Below, in pieces: positions 26,350-37,200 of a stretch of DNA of 64,000 nucleotides (positions are counted from its first letter, which is position 1; every line of letters starts with the position of its first letter). The DNA is from Dicyema japonicum (lineage: Eukaryota > Animalia > Dicyemida). The stretch is from positions 5,612-69,611 of the forward strand of contig RDEW01000006.1 of NCBI GenBank assembly GCA_011109175.1, read 5' to 3'. Position numbers and translations under genes: made by a program. The notes below the pieces were generated by a model. The model ran no database searches, was not told the DNA's origin, and was given only the letters and a program-made list of their open reading frames with translations.

Positions 26350-26700
26350 CCATTTGAGGCCGAAACCACTGGTTTGGAAGTGACATGTACAGACACGTTC
26401 GCCCAGAAAAAGTCTTCACGAGAGTGCTACAAGGGCCTGTTCTGCATCTGTAAAGGCGGAGAAGGCCAAACTCGTTAAATACGTCGACCTTCCCGATGAT
26501 GTCAAATTTGTTCCCCTTGCTATGGAGACTTCCGGATCCTACTCCCCTCTACACTCGAGTTTTTCGGACGTCTTGGAAACCGGATCACATCATGCACTGG
26601 AGATCTCCTTGACCGCCGCTGGCTATTTGAGCGAATTTCGCTAGCAATTTTGAGAGGGAACAGCCACGCAGTGAGGGCCGCAACTACCTGACTTCTATTG
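26350..26700 (+). mobile_element. CRE-like (RLE-type) non-LTR retrotransposon 3' end
   Basis: VTCTDTFAQ..KAEKAKLVKYVDLPDDVKFVPLAMETSG..FGRLGNRITSCTGD....LFERISLAILRGNSHAV, the typical CRE endonuclease C-terminus. Confidence 0.8.
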
Positions 26701-27479
26701 TTTAATAAATTAATAATTTTTAAAAAAAAGTTTATGAAAACCTAGAGCAGAAAGCTATTTGAATCCAACAAGTTAAAACATGCCATTTGCTTTGCACGAT
26801 GTCCCCCTCTTAAACCCACACGAACACGTAGTGGACTGATAACTAAGTATTGCAGACTCCAAAACGCCGTGCTAGGTATTGGAAATCAACAGAAACACTT
26901 CTAGGAAGTGATCAAGATCCTGTAGCTTCAGTTGCAAGTTGCTCATTTTTTGATACGTTCCACGAAATACTGGAATTTAAACAGGCAAAGGGATTATCCA
27001 GACTTGACTTCCTGATCATCGGAACATGACTTTGGTGCCAGTATCAAAATCCTCACTAAGAGTAATATTTCGGTTATCTGACCTCACTATAGTAGATGAC
27101 GTCATCTGGTAGATTAGTCTGACACCCAAATATTAGCTTATTGTTGTTTGTTGATCTCCTGCTTCCCATATAGACATCCCGTTTTCAGAGAAGTCAGTGT
27201 TAAATAAAGACTTGTAAATATAACTCCTATCGTCGCGTGGTTCAGAATCACTTCAACTTCTATTGTCACGTTATCTCATCCGTCGAGGAAGGTTTTAATT
27301 CGTCTAAATGGATATAAAAATTTACATAGTATAGGATGGTTATCAGAATCTTTTAAACATAACCCTTCAATGTCATCATTTTCATTATACAAAGTCCCAT
27401 TTATTTCAAGTTCCATTAACCCTAATCTTCAATTCAGTTTATTTTAAGTTCCATTAACCCTGAAACATGTTGATCAATT

Positions 27480-27990
27480 AAATTAATTTCACGAACACAT
27501 GTTCTCTGTTCGTTTATTTTCATCCAACAATTGACAATCGTTGTTGTTGTTACTCGACTCAAGCTTTTCCTACAAATGCAATTATTTGCCTCATATTAAT
27601 CTTCAATAAGGTCGAATAGTATTCATTAACGGTGCGTGTGCATTATCCATAAGAATCATAATTTTTCTTTTTTTTGGACATTTCGAATTTTTTAACAAAA
27701 AGAGAGGTTTCGTTGCAGTTAAAAATATCTTTTTTCTCGTATTTATCAAATAAATTGTCGTAATCGTTAAAAAAATCTTCGACTTTATTTCTGTCACATG
27801 AGTTCTTTTCACTAAATTCATACTTATTCACCACATTGTTAAGAAATTATCTTCAATTGGCAGATAATCACGACTCTTTTATATGCCTCAACAAATTGAA
27901 AAATAAATTTCATCGCCTTTTTCAGGTTTTCGAAATCAACAATTTTACCCGCCGTAGATTGATTCTTAGAATTTCATCATAAAAAATCGA
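27480..27990 (-). mobile_element. pogo/Tigger (CENP-B-like DDE_1) transposase remnant
   Basis: YEKKDIFNCNETSLF; RKIMILMDNAHA; INMRQIIAFVGKA..TTTTIVNCW. Confidence 0.75.
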
Positions 27991-28124
27991 CCAAGAATTT
28001 GAATAATAATCTTTGGTGGTCTTTATTACTCACGTGTTTAAATGTCATAAATAGTGTTGTTGCTATCCATTCGGATGAAGTTTGCACACATCTACAATTC
28101 TTTGGGGTTGACGAGTGGCTATCT

Positions 28125-28310
28125 TTGGTTATCCTAGCACAAACAGTCACAACAAATTTAACCGAGGAAGGAGTGTCTGCTTGTGCTGACCAAATACATC
28201 CTCCAATAGTCCTTTACAGGCTTCCGCTTCAAAAGAAAGGTAGAGAAGTAGGTCTCACCTCTTTTATTTTCATCGACGTACTACTGTCAAGGACATCACT
28301 TCATTTGTTC
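28125..28310 (+). repeat. Dispersed repeat; inverted copy at about 59795-59985
   Basis: Shared AGCACAAACAGTCA..TCTGCTTGTGC.GACCAAAT.CATC..ACAGGCT.CCG..GGT.GAGAAGTAGGTC..GACATCACTTCATT. Confidence 0.75.
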
Positions 28311-29779
28311 CTGGACAAATCCACTGGTGAAGATTACAATTTCGCGATTAGCAATTTTCAGTTTTGTTTCATGGACAACAACGATTCACAACATGTCAAT
28401 TATAAATAGTGTTAATTAAAATTAAGAATTTATTAATAAAATATTGTTTTTTTTTTTAAATTATTTGATGCCCTTTTATTATGGCCCTAAATTTCCATGA
28501 TTTTTTTAAATAAATAATGATTTTTATAGCATTTAAAGACGATTAATTGTATTAGGTCCAGAACTGTCAAGACCATCTATCAACTCTCAAGGGTTATGAC
28601 AAATGCAACCCATTTGAGAACCTTGTGAGGAAGTCGAGTGGCAAATTCATTCAACGGAAGAAATCGACCATAAAACGAGTCTAAAGGGAATGCGTCGGTT
28701 CCAGGAAGAAACACCGGGAAAAGTTGAGATCGATACTGAGAGAGGCTAGGATTACCTCATGGCCTTTCCTGCAGAATTTGTTAATTTTAATTTTACTCAG
28801 TTAAAAAGTTGGATTGTAAAAAATGTCCCAAAATCTGAAGGTGATCCAGGCTTGAGTTAGTCTATTTTAGCATCAGACTGAATATTTTTCATAGATGGGA
28901 AAAACACTCATAAGGTAAAGTACATCAAAGATTGAAATTAGCCATTGCTCCTCTTGTTGAAATCATGCAGAAAGACTTTTAATGGTAAATTAAAATCTAT
29001 TACATTTACATTCTAGGATTCAGAGTCAGTTCTCAATCTGTCCTAGATATTGTAAGTCACAAAACCGTAAGTATCATCTATCTAAGACTGTAGGCCAGAG
29101 AGGGTTGGTAGATAAATAAAGGAATTTTTAAAGAGAGGAAACTTTTATGTTATATAAGGAAGATATCTTCAAACGCGAGTACTACATGGGTCAATTCATA
29201 ACCTTTTGATGTTCATCATGATGATAGCTAGTTTTTCTCCGAAGTCACCATGTACAGGATATGTGATGTGATCAGATGACATAATACAATCTGACATATC
29301 GAGATGAACTTGATTATTCAATGAGGATCAAGTATCCCAATAGGTATACCGAGGACTTATTCTAGCAATTAAGGAACATATAAAATTGGTGGAGGTTTTT
29401 AGTTTTGCTAATTTGCAGAGTCAATCATTCTACAACAACTCACCTTGAACAAAAGAGAGATTTTATATTCGGTTTGGAAACTTGGAGTACGAGTCCTGGA
29501 CCTTTAATTTCCCCTTGAAACCATTAACCCAAAGAACGAACCTCTAGATAAGCGTTTTTCAACTTACAGATAAGTATGCCAGTCCTAAAGGGGCAACATA
29601 TGTGAAATTGCACAGCCCAAAAAATTTTTGGCAAATGTGGATAAATCCAAAGTATTCTGTGCCTCAAGGAAACTCAGAAAATTCTTATTTGAGCCCAAAA
29701 TCACAATTATTATAATTTGGTTTTAGTAACACTCTCTACCATTTTCACTTCTATTGCCATTTATTTATTTATTTTATTA

Positions 29780-31201
29780 ACCCCAGATACTCCCATTGCT
29801 ATGGAAACATACTAAACTAATACTCTCATTATCACAAAAATGTAAAATAATTATAAAGCCACATTGTACTCCTCTATCTAATGGTCTTATCAATCTGGTA
29901 GCAACAATAGTGTCAACATCTTCACTGTTTACCATAAAAAGCTGTCATCAAGTAATTACAGTCATACTTGTTTCCCTCTACCAATAACATTACATCAAAC
30001 TTTTGAACTTCAGTCCCGACATCATTCATGTGGGCAGCTATGATATACATATATATGCAAATCTCAAATCTTGCACGTGTTGCTACTCCCAGTAGCTATT
30101 ATTTAACTGAAACAAGATTACATCTCACACACTTTGTCATTCGAGAGAACAGGTCCATGATGTCAAGTCAAAACAAGATTACATCGACCAGTCTTAAGAT
30201 TCCACCCTCTACAAGCTCCATCAAACTCCAACAATAACAACGAAGACAACCCTAGTCACTATGAGTGAACCATCACACTGAAAGGAGACACAGTGGATAG
30301 GTCGCACGTGGCCTTCCTGTTGAAGTTCCCACAATTCCCCTCCAAATCAGATAACCTCCATGGACAGTCATAACTTTGTAAATAACCAATCAAACCAGCA
30401 AATAGCAGGAAACATTCCCGAGGGATGTAAACCCAGTAAAACAACTCTGTAGTGGGAATCTCCCCGAAAGTAGGCTATTAAGGACTCACTTGTTGAATCC
30501 CAATGCTACACATGCCATCGAAAGAACTAAAGGCCAACATCAGTTACCCCTGTTGGTCTCCATCATCTATCCCCCACAATCACAAAATCCTTGTGACCTT
30601 TATGTTATAGGATGATGACTACCTTGAAGAGTCCCAGAGGGATGACAGTCTGGAAGAGTAAACAACTTAACGGTGCTAGTGCATAAGCCTATGACCACAT
30701 AATGGTACAACAGGATAAGGTTGTGAATCCCCCATTGAATACAACCACTACCAATGTTATAACATGTAGTTTATTACTCTTAGTGATATTTCTTAAGGGA
30801 TCTCTAATGTTGATCTCAGTTCCTTGGTGACCATCAGTCTGGTGACGGCACTAATATAGTGACGGTAGAGAAATACCATGGGATTGAGTAGTCAGAAATC
30901 CAATAATGAGTTTTGGTAAGTTCGTCTGGTCCTCGTGACTCTCTCTGTTTGGAATCTCCAGGTATCTTGAAGATGTCATCACTGTGTTTCACGGAAAAGA
31001 TTCTATCAAAGGCATCCTATCCGAATAGGTCTTGAATGCTAAAAGTAACATACATATTGGCTCCTTAAGATTTCTTAGCTGGTATTTTACTTCTAGTAGT
31101 AGGTAGATTTGTGAACTTGTCGTGACTTGTATATAGAGAATAAAACCTTCTTTTTAAATTCAGACTCGCTAGCCGGATTCATTTCGTAGCTCTGTTGACA
31201 T
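29780..31201 (-). pseudogene. PRPF4: PRP4 pseudogene, copy 2 (longer), introns retained
   Basis: After splicing: GPDELTKTHYWISDYSIP.AVTRL; VKLFTLPDCHPSGTLQGHK; HYRVVLLGLHPSGMFPAICCYDCPWRLSDLE; QQEGHVRPIHCVSFQCDGSLIVT; FDGACRGWNLKTGRC. These follow PRPF4 order. Introns at 30851-30876 (26 nt), 30598-30622 (25 nt), 30374-30395 (22 nt). Stops and frameshifts present. Confidence 0.85.
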
Positions 31202-31799
31202 TACAACAAAATAATTAGTTATAATTAACTAATCACATCAAAATATATGATTAAATTTTAAAATCACGTTTATTTAATGTTAGAGGTTTAATCGCAAATA
31301 TATTTTATTAAATTAATTTAAAAGTTATAGTAAATGAAATAACTAATGGTTAAATCTAAAAAAATTTTATGTTAATACAATTTAACCCTGCCCCAACAGA
31401 AAACCCCCAAATACAGAGGGTATTGTATTTTATATGTAATTTTTCGAAGATGTTAGTCTTAAATAAATATTGTTTAAGTGCTTCAGGACATCAAAATAAT
31501 GAATTTGACAAATTGACATCGAGCATTATCAATAAGATTTAAAATTTGTCTTTTGTAAAATCATTTTCATTTTTTGTAACCAATTGCTAAGATATCACGT
31601 AAACATTCTTGATGTAGATATCACTAATTAGTGATAAATGATTATATATATTCTTTTTAATAAAAAAGTCAAGTTTCATCTATAAAAATATTTATATATT
31701 AATTTTCAAAAACTTTTGGTTAAAATTTTTAATTAAATTTTTGTACCTGGAATTCTTTTCATTAGCATTGCTTTAAAAAAAAGTTCATGACGCTTCATA

Positions 31800-32170
31800 A
31801 CTTCACGTGAATTGGTGGTTAGTGAATTATTAGATGAAACAGATTTTTATCTCCTCGTACGCCTTCTGGATTCGACGCAACTTTGTGGGCGGGGTGGTTT
31901 GGGGAATTGGGTAATGTATACCCTTCTTATAAGACACGTCGTGGCTGTGTATTGTTGAAAGTTGCACTGATTGCACAGGGTAGAAAATCGCTTTCCATTT
32001 TGTCGGATCTTCAAGTGATGAAGGCTTTAGTTTTTCTAGTTTTCCAAGGTTACTATTAGTAGAGGTTGTTAAGGATTGAATGTCGACTATTATTTGTTTG
32101 TTCGTCCAGGACACATTGATTCCTCATGACGCACAAGTAAATCTGACAGATGGCTCAATAAATTGTTTGT
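31800..32170 (-). mobile_element. Ingi/Vingi-like LINE 3' fragment
   Basis: IEPSVRFTCAS*GINVSWTNKQIIVDIQSL. Confidence 0.75.
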
Positions 32171-33469
32171 ACAATAATTTCAAAGCTATTATTCTTATAT
32201 GTGACCCACTAACAGTTAACAACTACCACTAACAGTGACCCACGCATAAAGTACCAAAATGCTTGTAGGCTACGGAAATCTTCTAAATCATGGATGTTGA
32301 GTCTACATTGCGATAAATTTCACAGCAAGTCATATTATATTAGTTATTGATTAGGTTATGCTTCTAATCTCAGTTGTTTTTGGGAGATATTGTAGATGAC
32401 AAAGGAGTCCCAGTCATTATTCCAATAAAAATGCAGAAAATATTATCACTACTTTTGACAAGTTGCCCTAAACATATATTTTCCCAATTACTCGCGTATT
32501 AGCGATTTCAGTTGCTCCAGCAGTATGATTCAAAGGGAACCCAACTGTGGTCTCAGGTCTTTCAGCAGGGTGATCTGATTGAAAAAGAAACCAAACCTCT
32601 CTCACAGATGTAAAACAAACTGTCCCTACTATCGACCTCGAACCATTCTCCATTGCAGGTGAAACCCCAACAAAATTATTTTCAGCAAGGCTTGAAATTT
32701 CCTTTAAAATTGTCATATTCCTACAAATGGACTTGAAAGACTACGAGTATTCTTTTAGAAGTCATCAACCTGAAGCAACTCCCAATGATGTACATGACTC
32801 GACACCAATGATGACGTCATTATAAATCATACCTTGGAGTCAAACAAACCAAACTGAAGATGAAATCATTTTCTTTCTTTTAATGAATTTCTGCTGGATA
32901 AGCATTCGGATTTTTGCAATTCTGAATAATATTGAAGCCGTACGTGTGTTCTTTAACCATAAGTACTCGTGTCCCCTATGTAAGTAGTTATAAACACCCT
33001 TTCTATTTGAATAGGTATAATTGACCTTAATTTTTTCTTTTAATCTATTTTTGTTAGTATTTCATTTCGGATTTCCTCATGAGAGTTGGAATCTAGATAT
33101 TTGGATTTTAAACTTTTTTCGCAGATTAATTTCTTGATTGAATTACCGTCAATGAGAATCCATGAGTGCAATGCTCTATTCCACGTATTTACTGCTAGAC
33201 TGATTTCTCGTCAGTCACCAATGAGACGTAATGGTCGCTGTCGCGCTTTATCCCAAATAGACTTTTTAATTTGTGATATCTTTGGTTAGAACATACGAGA
33301 CTTCCAATAGAGTAGTTCTCTTCCAAAATGTTGATTATCAAAGGGTAAGCATGAATTTTATGGCAAAATTCAGCAAGGTCGCTCCGTCCCTTTTTTTGTC
33401 ATCATAAATGTACTCGTGTCCTTTAAAAAATATGAAAAACACGTGACTATGTTATGTTTCATTTACACT

Positions 33470-34180
33470 AGCTTTGTGTATCGGGCGGGGACAATCTCAG
33501 AGATAGAACTTGCTTACAATGCTATTGGTACTATGTTTAGTTTGCTGCCAGGCAAATCGTATTTATGTAGTTTTTATACTTCGACGTGATTCTTACTTTA
33601 CTTCGATCAGCGTGATTTTGTTCTTTTTTTACCAAGCAAAAAATATCCGGTTTGTAATCGGGTACCTTCGCATTTGTGACTAAAGTGTATTGACTCTAAT
33701 CTCTACAGACTCGATCGCAATAATAGACTGCACTGAGTGTTTCCTGAGTCTCTTGTCTTCTTAATTCCATATTGACGACACAGGTGAGGATGGATGCACT
33801 TAACAACCTCATCATGCCTGTGCAGTTTAAGACACAACAATCTTTCAGATCTCTGAGAATAGTTCCCGCCGGATAATTACTGAGATGATTCCCCAACGTC
33901 GACATCGTCCAAAGATTCGAAAGTTATTGGGCAGCTTTAGTAAAGTGGCTCACATTGAAGTATTTGAAGTTTTGGGTGGTCTTGAGGTCTCATACAAGAA
34001 CATTGAGCATCTTTACATGACTTCAATGACGAGTCCTATCGTGGAGGGTCGATCCAATGATGTCTCTTGATATACTTTGGTCTGTGACTATCCACTTATC
34101 TAAAGCCTGGGACCAAGAAAACATAACATCTTCCCTTGATATCTCGACCTCTTCTCTCGAACACAAACATCGTTTCTTTT
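33470..34180 (-). mobile_element. R4/Dong-like RLE non-LTR retrotransposon C-terminal remnant
   Basis: CPITFESLDDV..RHDEVVKCIHPHLCRQYGIKK..EIRVNTLVTNAKVPDYKPDIFCL.KK..ITLIEV, i.e. a CCHC followed by PD..D/E restriction-like endonuclease motifs, with frameshifts. Confidence 0.7.
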
Positions 34181-35574
34181 CTCGTTGAGGTTAATCCTTT
34201 GGTGTATGTGGTCATTCCCGATATCCCGCAGAAAGGGTAGGGCAGAACAGTTGGGGAAACCAGGAAAACTCGTAGTTTGTTTTCATCACCATAAGTGGTG
34301 AATCATACAACGTTTTCAGTAAACGTCCACCTACCGCCAAACCTATCGTTCTCCAAATTTGAATCTTCCAGAGTTGGGGTTCAAAGAAAAGAATCTTTCG
34401 ATCTAATGAAAGCAGACTTTAAGAAGAGACCTCTCACCATGATCTATGAAGAATCACTTCAGACCTCAGCTCTCAAGAAACAGTGAGAATTACTTTGTCG
34501 GTTGCAATTCCAAAACCCTGAGAGAACCATTGCACTCACGGGAGTCTCTGAGTCGCTTCCCGATTGCGAACATGTTCTCCGGGTTCTCACAGCTTTCCAG
34601 TCACCCCTCATTTTTTTATTTAAAAGAACGTGTAAAAGTCTTGTACTTTCATCGGTGACGAATATAGCAGATCAATTACTCCACGTGTCTGGATTGTGAA
34701 TTACTCTTGTTTTTTGAATAAAATTACCTGGGAGTAACATGGTGTGGGTCACCGTAGGGGTAATGTGAGAATAGTCACATTCGGTGCTATCAGATGTGCA
34801 ACTCCCTACCCCTGAGTGACAAGGCAACGAAAGTACAGATTACGTGGGAGGGATCGGGAATGTTTCAACCGGAGTTTTAGGAGGTGGAAGATATGACTAC
34901 GGTAAGAATTTTAATCTCCCAGTATAGGGAAGTCGATCATAAATAAGTTAAACAAAAATAGAGAACACAAGAGAGACCTTTGGGTAGAAGACATATTCCA
35001 TATATCCAAAAACCGGAGTATATAACAAGGTGGAGGTGCTTTAAATGACCAAGGGGGGCAAATAATAATAATTAAGCATTATTTAAATAGTCAACTAAAT
35101 CTTGGCCAGTGCGTATATTAGAAGATTCGTCCTTAATGACTGTTTTGGGGAATTTGGAATTCATAAAGTGATGAAACTCACTCACCTATGACTGAATAAG
35201 CAATGACGACAGAGTTAACTCCTGCAAGTTTGGAGACTGCGAACAATCCTAATCCAAACACACAACCTACTCCAAGTGAAGAATAAAGTAGAGTCCTCAA
35301 AGCAAATCGAGTACCCGACTCTCTCTGTCTTTAAAAATATAAGCATACCCCTGGGACTGATTCAAATCCTTGGGCCCTTCTCACTGTAGCTACAAATCCA
35401 ACCCCAATGGAGGCCAGTCCCACTGTTATGAGTCCTATCCCTTAAATATTCATAAAGTCCACCAGGAGTATAACGATCACTCATTTTAAATAATTTAATT
35501 AATCAAATTATTTATTTAAATTTATTGAACCAAAAAAACATCGTTATAGTCAGCATGAAAAAAAATCAGGTGAG

Positions 35575-36207
35575 CGTTGATCTATTTATCAACCAAACTA
35601 AAAATACCTTTTACGAAGAAATTGAAAATCTTAGGAGTGGCCTTTGACACGCACATGACCTTCTCCCCTCATGTCGAATATATCTCCGGAACCTGCTCAA
35701 GAAAGCTTGGTTTGATCAAATCTATTTTTGGTGTCATCAGAACTCCTTTCCCAGCATTGAAACTACTACATAAAAAATTCATAGAGCCATCTATTAGTTA
35801 CGCCTGTGCGTCTTGGGGAATCAACCTATCCTGAACTAACAAACAGAAAATCAGTGATATTCAGTCCCTATCAGCTACGACTATCGGCAAGCTCGTGAGA
35901 ACAGTCAGTCTCACACCCACCTCTCTGGAAGACCTTATCGGACAAAATGGGAAGGGATTCACCGCTCTGTGCCGAAAATCCAACTTCCTACAATGCTCTA
36001 ATGGATTGGGTCTTACTAGAAGACTTTACATCACCCCTCTTGTATTTCTTTCAAAACCCTCCGTCCTCAGAGAAGCTGTGTTGGATCTCGGAAGGTCCAC
36101 CGGAAAAAGATGAGAGACCTGATGGAAACGGCCGAGATCACCTAATTAGTTTAATACAATTAAATTAACTATTGGTGTTCTTGGGTTAAATAAATAAATA
36201 AATAAAT
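35575..36207 (+). mobile_element. 5'-truncated Ingi/Vingi-like LINE with (TAAA)n tail
   Basis: KILGVAFDTHMTFSPHVEYI..KKFIEPSISYACASWGINLS; tail GGGTTAAATAAATAAATAAATAAAT. Confidence 0.85.
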
Positions 36208-36278
36208 CCCGGCCTTCCTCAACAATCGGACTTGAAGAAAGTGCCGTCCAGGGAACTCCTCTGAATGGTTGTTGACTA

Positions 36279-36331
36279 ATGATCCTTTGGGATTATATCT
36301 GACGCCCTAGAGATGGTGAACCACATGACGC
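36279..36331 (-). ncRNA. HDV-like element, P4 partly deleted
   Basis: Reverse complement: GCGTCATGTGGTTCACCATCTCTAGGGCGTCAGATATAATCCCAAAGGATCAT. Confidence 0.55.
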
Positions 36332-36399
36332 ACGCTAACAATCAAGCTCCATCGAGCCAAAAGGGAAGATGAGAAAAAGAAAAAACAAAAAAATCTTCA

Positions 36400-36530
36400 T
36401 ATCAGGAACTTTGCTATCAGTCCACCAGACACTACGAATGCTATAATAGTCAAACTGGACATCCGCAATGCTTTCAATAGCATTTGCAAAGACAAAATCA
36501 TTGAAGCTAGCATTTCCAGGATCCGGAAAT
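36400..36530 (+). mobile_element. CRE-like RT fragment
   Basis: AIIVKLDIRNAFNSICKDKII. Confidence 0.55.
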
Positions 36531-36559
36531 CAATAAAATAAAGAAAAATCCAAGAATAA

Positions 36560-37200
36560 ACATTGACATACAAAAATTTGCCTCGCACAAGGCGATTCCA
36601 ATTCGTTTCTTTACCAGACCGCTTCCCGAACGTCTTTCTTACGATGGGCCAATTTCCCCTATTTCCTTCAGTAAAGAGGCTGTGATACTTCCCGCAGCAC
36701 CAGACGTCTCGATTGCCACTGGTATAAAAAAACGAAAGCGGTCTCCGATTTCACTATATTTTTTAATCTTGATATTCTTGGCTAGATCGGCTGCCGATCC
36801 GCCGGCTGCGCGGAGCTGATTATCATCGAGTTCGAGAAAGAATCCATAAAGTGCATTCCCATACGAGCGATTTTACCTCAGTGAACGAAGGATAATTTAG
36901 CGAATCCTGTCTTTTCCCGTCTCCGCGATTTAATCCCACTTGCTTAGCACTGTCGGGAAGCCTTCAGCTTCAAGAGAACGCTTGACAATGTTGTTCATAG
37001 CAGAATGGCGGGTTGCTCTGCCAGCACTCGCTTTGCACGAAAGCAATGCAGCCCTTTGACATCGACGATCACACCATAACGACATAGTTATTCGACGCAA
37101 ACATCAACTCCGAGGCGAGGAGCGATCCCAATCCATATACAGTCACCGTCCAAAAGGGTCCCCAGGAGGAACACGGGAGTGCATCTAGTTACGCTCCGCA
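36560..37200 (-). mobile_element. CRE-like element CCHC/RLE region
   Basis: LDALPC..; CRCGVIVDVKGLHC.SCKASAGRATRHSAMNNIVKRSLEAEGFPTVL; FIPVAIETSG. Confidence 0.8.
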
